64,000 nt of DNA from a virus, in IMG/VR virus record IMGVR_UViG_3300034101_003081, positions 33,386 to 97,385 of that record. One strand, written 5' to 3'. Below the pieces are notes generated by a model. It was not told the DNA's origin. It saw only the letters and a program-made list of their open reading frames with translations, and made no database searches. How positions within the stretch are numbered: position 1 is the stretch's first letter; the number at the start of each line of letters is the position of its first letter. Made by a program: the position numbers and the translations under genes. This document shows positions 47,001 to 55,029 of the stretch, piece by piece.

Positions 47001-47445
47001 ACGGGTGGAGGTTGATCAATTCAGAGACAGCGCCATACCGGCCACTCTTGATCTGCGTGTAGGAGTTGCCCCACAGGCAGAGGTTCATCACCATCTGCTC
47101 GAAGAACTCGAACTTGGTCTGCCAAGCGTTGGGCGCGAACGACAAGACCCGGTGCAAGGGGATGTCGCGGGCGATGTCTTTGCTTCCGCCTTCGCCGCGT
47201 CGATAGACGTGCAAGGGAAGGGAACTAATCGTTTCTGCCAAGATGCGGCAACAGGCCAAGACAACAGTGGACTGGAGAGCCGTCTCGGGCGTGACTCGGA
47301 CCTCGGCGTCTGTTCGCCACCGGCCGCCGTAGTTTTCTCCCGAGAGCAGGAAGTTGTTCCACGAGATGCCGCGAATCTCTGGATCAGACAGCCCGCGTTC
47401 TGGTGTCCAGACAATGTCAGACAAGGCGCGATCTTCGGTACTCAC
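44077..47445 (-). CDS. HK97-family portal protein with a roughly 700-aa C-terminal extension
   Basis: Portal core: V.AC..ILAETISSLP, PN.WQT..EF, WGNSY, LHP.R, QF.E.R....EIARVY..P, SIND.R..EN. The extension carries Cys/Gly tags and HELAH. Confidence 0.95.
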   Translation of the reverse strand: MSTEDRALSDIVWTPERGLSDPEIRGISWNNFLLSGENYGGRWRTDAEVRVTPETALQSTVVLACCRILAETISSLPLHVYRRGEGGSKDIARDIPLHRVLSFAPNAWQTKFEFFEQMVMNLCLWGNSYTQIKSGRYGAVSELINLHPSRMEVERLENGRLRYMYTNPETGRLEPSTQDQIMHVRWTPEPDGIKGMVPVEVAREAIALARACEIHAAKFWANSARPGMVLQTDASLSPEAAERLRDNWERLHRGVDRAYKTAILTNGLKVEPVGFTAEQSQFESTRRFQSEEIARVYRLPLRLVQGQSGGNPEIEGQDFVTYTLVPWLRRIESAISRSLIYNDDLFVAEFDVRGLMRGDSNSRAGYYSTMTNLGIFSINDCRRLENMAPLENGDKHFVGMNMQTLEDAVKPKPDPMMDPAPGGPPPPAQGGVPSLPEVKTGKSPNPAEHGEQSKPKEEGVLVSYGDGKTGRVKHVMEKGTLDLKSGEKIEVQPGEPVALVVDEETGEEAGIKVSQLKPIQEKRALSPQNQALYDAQEEIVKKSGRWPQQGPSGAHYMEKNPFASRGIACRNCIYYEEGGSCEVVKGIISPNAICKLWIIPEEKLSMPESRDCGTGAGASESDDPVRGFRRGEGDKKQTRVAKKLYQMGTSERRIKDLVRQLGGKPGRSSAKVAGDKIGISVRDSSGKDIFYVEMGYSGAGIVPVGKTLSKDQASKIESLAKPAFPEKISDRLYNRGKEYPVSAHRDDSSLKTGGRIAKKGKQQRAFCPTGVGGGIDNSCGAGEKLAPDTGGGTGGGSGKESSSAKSDRIADMAIKSLEKTKGFSIHPVSESSPTSGYMVSVVPESETIVPSGQKVTGQVISKFLDENKSKFADRPALHIGGWYNAEEDAVYLDLSEPFDDINDAIDSAESTSQLAIWDLNEKKEIRKDEYDGRRTRPKRETRAVRLPVGGEGGRDRGGDRGDEGEGQGRAGSQAAEDLAAELRESGEVDVPSVVFRPAAECRAIAEYDLDTDSIYVSESLNHEAVASFRLASARGWLSQPNPLLHELAHRHHALADEESYEASSALSFGDEGRKVAESVSRYAATSHREFVAETLAGLWSGKDYGDDVMRLLSAVTNGKFST

Positions 47446-47455
47446 GGAGCCCCCT

Positions 47456-49123
47456 TCACAGTAAGATGATCTCCGGATCGGCCATCTTTGGTGCAGCCTC
47501 TGCGTCGCTGGCGAGTGCGAGAGCCATGACGAGAGCGATCATGCCGTCCACTCTGGCCGGGCTCATGGCAGACGGCTTCGCGATCTTGATGTAGCCATCG
47601 GCATTGGTCTTGATCGTGCAATTTCCGGCCATCCAGTTCAGGATCGGGTTGTCGCTCGTTCGCAGTCGCCCCTGCGAAATCAGCCCGTCGAGTGCGCGAG
47701 TAGGCGCATTCATGGCTGAAAAGTTCTGGGAGAAGCCTAACACGTCCAATCCTTCGGCCTGAAGTTGTTGGACAAGGTAATGGGAGTTGTATGGGTCGGT
47801 GGCGATCCGCCTGAGAGTCCGCTCCTTGGCAAACTTCAAGATGTCCCGCTTGATGAACTCGTAATCACATGTGTCGCCAGGCGTCAGCGTCAGGCCGGTC
47901 TTCGGGTCTTTAGCCCACTGGATGTACGGCACTTCTTCGCGTCGGGTGTCAGCGTTGTCGGCAGGAATCCAGAACTTGCAGATCACGTCGAACACGTCGT
48001 CGTGGGCCTTCGAGACAGCCACGAAAGCGTTGACGTCCCAGGTTTGGGCAAGGTCGAGCCCGCCGTACCAGACCCGCGACGAGTCGAGCAGTCCGGAGTG
48101 GCCCTTGCACTGCTCCCACTGGGTCAGGTTCACGAACTTCTCTGTGCCAGCCACCCAGACATTGAGCCTGTACCGCAAGAACGACGAGAGCCTAGACGGC
48201 GACTGCTCGGCCTCGCGGACGTCCGCCTTGAAACTCTCCTCGTCCATGGTGACGCCGAAGGACGGATTTGCAGCCCGCCAAACTGCTGGGTCGCGGTAGT
48301 CATCTTCAGCCGTGGCCGCCGCGATGTAGGCGAAGTACTGGGGATCGAGACTTGGGTCTTGCATGACCTTGAGGGCATGCTCGTGCTGCTCGTAGCAGAT
48401 CGACGACCTGTCGTAGCCGGCCGTAGTAATCGCCAAGACTAGGCTCTGGCTGCGAGAAATACCGCCGTAGCGGATCGCATCCCAAAGTTTTCTGTCCTTT
48501 GCGGAGTGCAACTCGTCATAGCACAGGGAATGGATATTGAGCCCTTCTGCCCGGTGGCTGTCGCTAGAGATAACCCGCCAGAATGAGTTCGTCGGCACGC
48601 AGGCGATTGTCTTGCGGGAGTCGACGATCTCCAGACGCTTGGACAGGTACGGGCTGGAGCGGACAAGTTCCGCCATCTGCTTGTAGACGATCCCTGCTTG
48701 ATCGCGTGACGTTGCCGCCCCGAAGCACTCAGCGGCTGGCTCGGAGTCGGCCACCGTCATGTAGAGCGAAATGCCCGAGAGAAGAGTCGATTTGCCTTGT
48801 GACGACCTTGGCCCCCGCGGCTACCACGCCGTGGGGGCCAAGGCGCCATTTTTTTTGGGCACCTCGATGTAGCCAACCCTGAACCTTCGCGTGTCGTTGT
48901 CGACCCGCATCCAGCCGAAAAGTTCCTCGATCACCTCGTCCTTCTGCCAGGGAAGGAGAGTGAACGGCTTTCCGGCGAACTGACCCTTGGAGTGGATCAG
49001 AAAGTTCTCGAAGAAGCCGACAGCGTGGGCTGCCTTGGCCTCGTCGAAGTAGTAATCGTGTCCGAGACTAAGCGCCTCGGCTTTTGATATACGCTTCCAG
49101 CGGGTCTTCTTGGGCAGCGGCAT
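47456..49123 (-). CDS. terL: Terminase large subunit, interrupted by a 51-nt in-frame stop-containing insert in Walker A
   Basis: 5' part LLPWQ...RRFR...EVPKKNG. 3' part GKST...DQA..V, DELH (Walker B), ITTAG, ANPS, GLDLA, DPYN, RVDG. Both parts are in one frame, with TAG at 48823-48821. Confidence 0.9.
48794..48844 (-). other. 51-nt hairpin insert in terL (candidate bypass element or mini-intron)
   Basis: An 11-bp plus 4-bp stem with the UAG at the loop, flanked by GGC codons at 48847-48845 and 48796-48794. Confidence 0.8.
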
Positions 49124-49532
49124 TCGATACCTTCATGGTCGACCGGGCGGCGGCAGTCATGCCGAACTGTTGCTCGATTCGCATCAGTTCCCCCGGCAGG
49201 CTCTTGAACAACGACCCCTCCGCTGTCAGTTGGCTGTACCCAGTCTGAGTCAACTGGGTCATGCCATTCTCTTGGACGTGCTTCACGACATGGAGCCACT
49301 GCTCGTGCATGAGGCAGTACCGCTCGATGACGCTCCGGTCGGCCTGGGTGAAGACGCCCATGCTCGACAAGAGCGGAACGATCTCGTTCCACATGTCGAG
49401 GGCCGGGCCGCCGAGTCGGGCCGGGGGAGACGTGTCCGCCGGAGGCGGCTTCGGCTCGTCAGTGTTGATCGGTCGCTGGCCCGGATTGCCCCGGATGACC
49501 TTCAAATTGGTGGGAGTTGGTGGACGTCCCAT
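49068..49532 (-). CDS. terS: Terminase small subunit, P27 family
   Basis: MGRPPTPT.LK..RGNPG.RP.N..EP, RYC, FGMT.AAR. Confidence 0.92.
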   Translation of the reverse strand: MGRPPTPTNLKVIRGNPGQRPINTDEPKPPPADTSPPARLGGPALDMWNEIVPLLSSMGVFTQADRSVIERYCLMHEQWLHVVKHVQENGMTQLTQTGYSQLTAEGSLFKSLPGELMRIEQQFGMTAAARSTMKVSNAAAQEDPLEAYIKSRGA

Positions 49533-49774
49533 GATGCCGACTACTTTTTTCGGCGGCTCCTCGGTCTTCCAGGGTGGCCGACGGAAATATGCGTTTTCTC
49601 GGGCAAAAAGCCCCCTCGAAAAGTTTCGCAGCCGCTCACGGAAGGGCGCAGGCTGGGTCTTGGCCTCATTTTCAATTTCGGCCAAGACACTCCCCCGGAG
49701 TGGGCACAATCAAGACTCGCACAGAAGCCAAGTCCAGTAAAGTAAAAATCTTCTCTGGATTTTTTGGCAGGCAT

Positions 49775-49852
49775 GAGCATGAGCATGAGCATGAGCATGA
49801 GCATGAGCATGAGCATGAGCATGAGCATGAGCATGAGCATGGGCATGAGCAT
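49775..49852. repeat. Hexamer tandem repeat (GAGCAT) x13, one variant
   Basis: Read directly from the sequence. Confidence 0.95.
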
Positions 49853-49867
49853 GGGCCGGGCAGGCAT

Positions 49868-50092
49868 GGGCTTGGCCTGGCATGGGCTTGGCCTGGCATG
49901 GGCTTGGCCTGGCATGGGCTTGGCCTGGCATGGGCTTGGCCTGGCATGGGCTTGGCCTGGAATGGGCTTGGCCTGGAATGGGCTTGGCCTGGAATGGGCT
50001 TGGCCTGGAATGGGCTTGGCCTGGAATGGGCTTGGCCTGGAATGGGCTTGGCCTGAGCATTGGCAGGCCTGAGCATTGGCAGGCCTGAGCAT
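49868..50092. repeat. 16-bp tandem repeat GGGCTTGGCCTGG(C/A)AT x11, then GAGCATTGGCAGGCCT x2
   Basis: Five CAT copies followed by six AAT copies and a partial copy. Confidence 0.95.
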
Positions 50093-50448
50093 TGGGCTGG
50101 GCCTGGCATGATTTCCCCAGCCAGCAGGCCTGGATTTCCCCAGCCAGCCCCGCCTTGCTTTGTGGGAACCCGAGAACCTCTCTTCTCCTGTTCAAGTCTT
50201 TCCCTATATAGGAGGCAAAACGCTATTATCATTCGAGTCTGACTCCCGTTTTTGACCCTTTCCTACTTGGAGACCTCTGCTTTTGGATTGGTAGTTCCAA
50301 TATTTTCCTATATGGGAACTGGAAAATAGAAGTCCCCAAGTACCAGCCTCGCCTGAGCCCCACATTTGAGATATGAGGGCTGATTTGCTTTCTGGCCTCT
50401 GGATAGCCTATCCAGACAAACGCCCCTCAGAGAGGCCGCCAGGGGCCT

Positions 50449-50748
50449 CTATTGCAGCCTGGCGTCTGCATGCACCTTCTTGGCATTGCAGCGGGCACAG
50501 AGGCATTGCAGATTCTCCATTGTGTCCAAGCCCCCCAGCCTCTTGGGGACAATGTGATCGCAGTGGGCCTCTTTGCTGTCTGTGCAGACCCTCCCGCAGG
50601 CCCGGCACTGCCAGTTGTCCCTGAGCAGCACCTTCAGCCGGAGGCTCTCCCAGGCCTTGCCTCCATAGCCTCGCTTGGATGCGCTGGGCTTGGTTGGCCT
50701 CTGCCGAGATCGCTTGGGCTGAAAGAAGGAGAATCTCTCTGGGCTCAA
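50449..50748 (-). CDS. HNH endonuclease (terminase-associated, HK97 gp74-like)
   Basis: RGYG..W..LR..VL.RD.WQC..CG, DHIVP...GG.D..ENLQCLC..CN. Upstream of terS. Confidence 0.9.
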   Translation of the reverse strand: MSPERFSFFQPKRSRQRPTKPSASKRGYGGKAWESLRLKVLLRDNWQCRACGRVCTDSKEAHCDHIVPKRLGGLDTMENLQCLCARCNAKKVHADARLQ

Positions 50749-52241
50749 GACACAGAGCCTTTGGCAACAAGCCTCCATCCTGCTCCGCCGCCTGGCCCAG
50801 CCACGCCCTTGAATGCCACAAAAAGCCCCCACTCGCCTCCGCTCAAAGTGGCGCTTAGGCTCGACTCCCAGAAGGAGTTTTGAGCCACTTCGATAACAGA
50901 GGAACTAGCCCCAGCATTCACAATGTGCCGCTCGTCTCCGTGTTCGGTGTGCCACGGCTCAGGGAGATTAACCACTCGCGTAACCCCGCCTGGGACGCCA
51001 GTGAGCATCCTATATTTGGACGAACCACTTAGGAATCCGGCGTTGCTGTTGAAGTAAGCATCGAAGCCGTCTTCGTATGCGTGATGTGAAACTCCCTTTC
51101 CTGGCTCTGACCCTACCCAGCCCTCGCCCATCAAGACCCATTGCGGCTGCGCCGGCGCGCCAGCAGCAGTCTTCGCAACAAAAAAGCCCCACGCTCCACC
51201 CCGCAGCGTCGCCAGTAAGTGCGAGCCTGACCACACGCTCACCCTTGAAGATGAGTTTCCTCTGTTCAGCAAGAGCCTCGTTTTGCCAGTCTCTTCCGCA
51301 GGAAGCCAAACATCTACCGATGAGTCTTCGGGCATGCCGTCGATATACCCATAGTTCGCAAGCACGTACCCGGTCTGAAACAAGTCGTTTACAGTAAATC
51401 CGAATGGATCGGTGTACTTTGCGCCGGCGATCGTCGGCGGCAAGGCTACGCTCGCAGAGGCGATCTCAACTGTTCCAGCAGCCTCGTTTTGGGTGATGGT
51501 GACATTCGCCCCAGCCTTGACGACGGAGTTGACTACCGAGAACGGCGTCGGGAAGTTCTGGATATCCGATACGCTGTGCGTATGCGACGCAGCGGCGACT
51601 CCAGAAACTTCCGATGCGCTGTGCGTATGCGACGCAGCGGCGACTCCAGAAACTTCCGATGCGCTGTGCGTATGCGACGCAGCGGCGACTCCAGAAACTT
51701 CCGATGCGATGTGCGTATGCGACGCAGAGGCGGCAGTCAGGTCGACGACGGACAGAGTCACAGTGCCTGTCTTCCCTTGGACGCTGACGACTCGGCCAAA
51801 TGTCTGAATAGTCGATGTCAGGCCGGAGATGTCTGTTGTCGTCAGCGACACATTGCCGGTCCTTCCGGCCACGCTCTTGACTGGCGCAGCCGCGGCAGCC
51901 GCTGCCGTGAATGAGGCAATCTCTGTTGTGGTGTGCGAATGGACGGCAGGCGAAGCCGTGACGTCCGCTGCACTCAGGACAACCTCACCAGACTGGCCGT
52001 TCACTGACTGGACCGGAGGGTCGAGGCCAATAACAGTGATCCCCCCGCCAGTGGTCGTGATCGTGATGTTTGCCCCTGCGATAAACGGATTTATTCCGGC
52101 AACGCCCAGGATTGACGTGCTGGTTCCGTTGACGATGACGGAAGGGCCTATCCCTGGAGAAAGTCCGACCTGAATCACTCCATCGTTGGCGGGAGTGAGG
52201 GCAACTTGAACCGCGCCTCCTCCGACGACATTTACGCTCAC
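50745..52241 (-). CDS. Tail fibre-like protein
   Basis: SV.G.TG.V.L repeats, HTH (HxH) repeats AAASHTHSASEVSGV, and a duplicated C-terminal domain. Confidence 0.75.
   Translation of the reverse strand: MSVNVVGGGAVQVALTPANDGVIQVGLSPGIGPSVIVNGTSTSILGVAGINPFIAGANITITTTGGGITVIGLDPPVQSVNGQSGEVVLSAADVTASPAVHSHTTTEIASFTAAAAAAAPVKSVAGRTGNVSLTTTDISGLTSTIQTFGRVVSVQGKTGTVTLSVVDLTAASASHTHIASEVSGVAAASHTHSASEVSGVAAASHTHSASEVSGVAAASHTHSVSDIQNFPTPFSVVNSVVKAGANVTITQNEAAGTVEIASASVALPPTIAGAKYTDPFGFTVNDLFQTGYVLANYGYIDGMPEDSSVDVWLPAEETGKTRLLLNRGNSSSRVSVWSGSHLLATLRGGAWGFFVAKTAAGAPAQPQWVLMGEGWVGSEPGKGVSHHAYEDGFDAYFNSNAGFLSGSSKYRMLTGVPGGVTRVVNLPEPWHTEHGDERHIVNAGASSSVIEVAQNSFWESSLSATLSGGEWGLFVAFKGVAGPGGGAGWRLVAKGSVS
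51572..51726. repeat. 45-bp tandem repeat inside the fibre gene (about 3.4 copies)
   Basis: Unit GCGCTGTGCGTATGCGACGCAGCGGCGACTCCAGAAACTTCCGAT. Confidence 0.9.
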
Positions 52242-52588
52242 GGGCTCCTCGCAACAACAGCGCCAGAGAGAACAGTCCGGGTCACGATCCCAGGCGAGAC
52301 CCAGCGAAAAAACCAGCGGTACGCGACGCCGAGTTCCAGGGCGGCTGTCTGGGCCTCTGTCAGGGAGAGGTTCATCCTTCCGGCGGTGAGGTCAACCGGC
52401 GTCTGCGTGAAAGTCGTCACGTTCTGATATGACACGACGTCTCCGCCAGACACAGACAGAACTTTGATGATCCGAGTCTCGAAGGTGTATCCAGTCAAGT
52501 CTTGGTCGAAGTCCAGAAGCACGTTCAGTTCGTCGCCTTGGACGAACACGAAGTCAAGAGTGTCTGGGAGTTGCGTAAACGTAGGCAC
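52238..52588 (-). CDS. Putative fibre-attachment/baseplate (BppU-like) protein
   Basis: QGD......DLTGYTF...G...LSLTE.QT..L...Y.W....RTVLSG. Confidence 0.6.
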   Translation of the reverse strand: MPTFTQLPDTLDFVFVQGDELNVLLDFDQDLTGYTFETRIIKVLSVSGGDVVSYQNVTTFTQTPVDLTAGRMNLSLTEAQTAALELGVAYRWFFRWVSPGIVTRTVLSGAVVARSP

Positions 52589-52746
52589 AGTGCTGTCCCT
52601 CCTTGGACGGCACTGATTTTACGACTCTTCTTGAGGTCACCCGAAGTTCTCGATCTTCTGCCAGCCAAAAACGCACGCCCGAGGAATCGAACCTCGCCAG
52701 TCAGATTTGGAGTCCAACTCGCCAGCCTTGGAACATTGGCGTGCAG

Positions 52747-53019
52747 TCACTCTCGCTCCGGCTTTCGCGTCAGGCACGGGCAATCCGGGTGATGGCAGAA
52801 GGTCGCCGGCACCGACGCCGCAGCGGCCGAGATCACCCACAGATGGTCGTCATGTTTCACTGTTTGCAGCAGCCACGTTTTCGGCGGCTCGGCGGGGCCG
52901 CCGCGGCGTGCCGCCGCGTCTCTTGCGGCAAGCACTGCTGGCAAGAGCAGTCCGATCATCGTGGCGATGATTGCCAGGGCTACGAGAGCCTCGACGAGCG
53001 TGTAGGCTTTTCGCATCAT
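52747..53019 (-). CDS. Miniature prepilin-type N-terminal cleavage/methylation protein
   Basis: MMRKA/YTLVEALVALAIIATMIGLLLPAVLAARDAAARR. Confidence 0.8.
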   Translation of the reverse strand: MMRKAYTLVEALVALAIIATMIGLLLPAVLAARDAAARRGGPAEPPKTWLLQTVKHDDHLWVISAAAASVPATFCHHPDCPCLTRKPERE

Positions 53020-53051
53020 TTCACCTCCGGCGGGGGCTGGCGTTAGGTGCA

Positions 53052-53354
53052 TCAGTCAAACCCGCCAGAGCATCCAGAGTCATACGAACTGCCAGCGTTG
53101 TAGCCGCCGTCGCTTTGCTGCCAGCCTGAATCGCTCGCTGGCATGGCCTCTGGAGTCGCCCTGTCGATCTCGGATGTGTTCATCGCGTCCCCGATGAGTC
53201 CACCGGCAATGTTGCCGCCAATAATGCCGCCGACGATCCCGTCATTCATGGCGTAGCCAATCGCAATCGAAGTTGCCAGCCCGTCGTCTGTCGATGTCGG
53301 CTGTTGAACCATCCGCACCGGCTGCGTTTTCTTTTTTTTGAACCATCCAAACAT
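53052..53354 (-). CDS. Hypothetical Gly/Ser-rich protein
   Basis: MFGWFKKKK..., Gly-zipper and low-complexity tail. Confidence 0.55.
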   Translation of the reverse strand: MFGWFKKKKTQPVRMVQQPTSTDDGLATSIAIGYAMNDGIVGGIIGGNIAGGLIGDAMNTSEIDRATPEAMPASDSGWQQSDGGYNAGSSYDSGCSGGFD

Positions 53355-53412
53355 GAAAGCACCTAACCACGCAATGCAGCGGTCGCGGGCCGCTGATCCT
53401 GCGTGTTCTGTG

Positions 53413-53667
53413 TCACCCAAGACGGCTCAACATGGCGTCGATGTGGTCGGCCATGAGTTCCATTTCCCTGCAATCGTCGTATGACGCCACCCGCTTTGCC
53501 GCCACACGGAGGGCGTTGGCCCCGCACTGCACTGCCCTCATCTCTTCTGCGGTGAACGACGAAGAATCAACAGGCTCGGAAAACGTAAGCCCGCAGCGAG
53601 GGCACGCGGCCGAAACGAATGGCGGTTCGCCGAGTATTTCATTAGACCGCTCATCAACGTCGCTCAT
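53413..53667 (-). CDS. Hypothetical protein
   Basis: 84 aa, GAGGGTG RBS, CPRCG; ends beside an attC-like site. Confidence 0.55.
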   Translation of the reverse strand: MSDVDERSNEILGEPPFVSAACPRCGLTFSEPVDSSSFTAEEMRAVQCGANALRVAAKRVASYDDCREMELMADHIDAMLSRLG

Positions 53668-53716
53668 TGAATCACCCTCCCTTTTTCGCGGATGCTGAAT
53701 GTCGCCCCTGCCACAC

Positions 53717-54043
53717 TCACGGGTCGTCGCGCCAGTCGCTCAGGTCGCAAAGCGGAAGGCGAATGCCGTACCCATTCTCTGCCGTCAGGTCTTCCGTCAC
53801 ACCGACGTCCCCGAACCTAGACACCATGACAAGTTTCACGGTGGCGCCAGCCGAAACGGGAATCTCCACTTCTTTCGTGTTGCGGAGGTGCCGCATGACC
53901 ACGTCACGCTTCAGTGTCGCGTACCTGTGCGGCCACGTTTCAGGCCTGTGTGGCATCCAGCCGCGAGACATGGCATGGTCTGCCCCAGCCAGAGCGAAGT
54001 GGTCTCGGTCGCCACCGTACTGCGATGTGGATGAATCACTCAT
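53717..54043 (-). CDS. Hypothetical protein
   Basis: VMVSRFGDVGVTEDL...GY..R; AGGAG RBS. Confidence 0.55.
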   Translation of the reverse strand: MSDSSTSQYGGDRDHFALAGADHAMSRGWMPHRPETWPHRYATLKRDVVMRHLRNTKEVEIPVSAGATVKLVMVSRFGDVGVTEDLTAENGYGIRLPLCDLSDWRDDP

Positions 54044-54074
54044 GCAATGCTCCTGATGTGTGTCTTTGCATGCG

Positions 54075-54446
54075 TCAGTCGAAGCCGCCAGAGTCGCAAG
54101 AACCGCTGTCGGCTGGCGGCTCGGGTAGCGGTGCCCAGTGTGTGATGCCAAATGAATCTACGTCGTCATCGTCCATATCGCAGAAACGCCACATGACGCC
54201 GTCGCGCGAAGCCATTTGAGCAAGTCGAATGTTTTCCGGAAAAGCCCTTGTGACAGCCAAGACGGTTGTATCCACTACTGGCAGCCGCTCGCCCACGGGT
54301 ATCCAGCGTCGCGCGTTCATGTCCTCGACCATCTCGTCAAGAAGTTCCCTCGAAATGACGGTCGCAGTGGCACCCTCGGGCCAGTGAACGGTCACGCGGC
54401 CGTCCTTATCGCGAGAGTACTCCACGTTGGGCACAAGGCCGATCAT
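54075..54446 (-). CDS. DUF551-like protein
   Basis: WIPVGERLP...ITHWAPLPEPP. Confidence 0.7.
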   Translation of the reverse strand: MIGLVPNVEYSRDKDGRVTVHWPEGATATVISRELLDEMVEDMNARRWIPVGERLPVVDTTVLAVTRAFPENIRLAQMASRDGVMWRFCDMDDDDVDSFGITHWAPLPEPPADSGSCDSGGFD

Positions 54447-54733
54447 CACGTCACCTCCGGCGGCTCTTTCGTCCAGACCTTCACGGGCAACTCCCCGATT
54501 CGTTTCGATGCGCCGCCGACCGTGAGGAACGCCCACACGAACAGCGTCGCCAGCCTCGCGGCCTGAAACACTGTCGCGTGCCGGCGAGCAACCATGAAAT
54601 GCGACCACCACAGCCAAGGCGTCGAAAGCACCTTCTTCCACTTCGGCTGTCTGCATAGCCTGACCATCTCGCGTGGCTCGCAATGCAGTCGCTTCCATTC
54701 GGAGTACAGCAACGAGACGTTGGGCTCGCCCAT
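54446..54733 (-). CDS. Hypothetical protein
   Basis: TGATG-coupled on both sides with GGAGGTG RBS. Confidence 0.55.
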   Translation of the reverse strand: MGEPNVSLLYSEWKRLHCEPREMVRLCRQPKWKKVLSTPWLWWSHFMVARRHATVFQAARLATLFVWAFLTVGGASKRIGELPVKVWTKEPPEVT

Positions 54734-55029
54734 CACTTCACCTCCGGCGGTGCGGGTAGCGGCATCCAATGTCGCGGCATCTCGTCTCCGTACTCGCTCG
54801 TCCAGAGGTTGTGGCCGTCTATCCGGTCCAACGTCGCCACGGTAATCATCCCGCCATTGCCGTCGCATCCGATGCAAGACGGCGTGCCGTTTTTGTCTAG
54901 GAACCGGAGGAACACCAGCACAGATTCGCCCGGCTCCGGCAACGCTTCCTCGACGGGAATCCACCGTCGCGCCCACTTGTGCGGCTTCGGTTCCATGGCG
55001 GCGATCTCCTGGTGCTTGAGGTGGCCCAT
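54733..55029 (-). CDS. DUF551-like protein
   Basis: WIPVEEALP...HWMPLPAPP. Confidence 0.7.
   Translation of the reverse strand: MGHLKHQEIAAMEPKPHKWARRWIPVEEALPEPGESVLVFLRFLDKNGTPSCIGCDGNGGMITVATLDRIDGHNLWTSEYGDEMPRHWMPLPAPPEVK

Noticed and set aside
20091-47469. Long plus-strand ORFs (for example 22508-23791, 29601-31133, 44968-46758)
   Set aside because: They are antisense shadows of high-GC minus-strand genes with recognisable products.
48821-48823. Genome-wide TAG reassignment (alternative genetic code)
   Set aside because: Other genes end normally at TAG (for example tape measure and gpG), and readthrough would leave a 17-aa insert in Walker A.
48794-48844. Intein or self-splicing group I/II intron in terL
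   Set aside because: 51 nt is far too short, it contains a stop codon, and it has no Cys/Ser...His-Asn ends or ribozyme core.
49541-50232. ORFs with HEHEHE, MSMSMS or QAKPMPG repeats
   Set aside because: They are stop-free translations of tandem DNA repeats, open in several frames on both strands, with no RBS.
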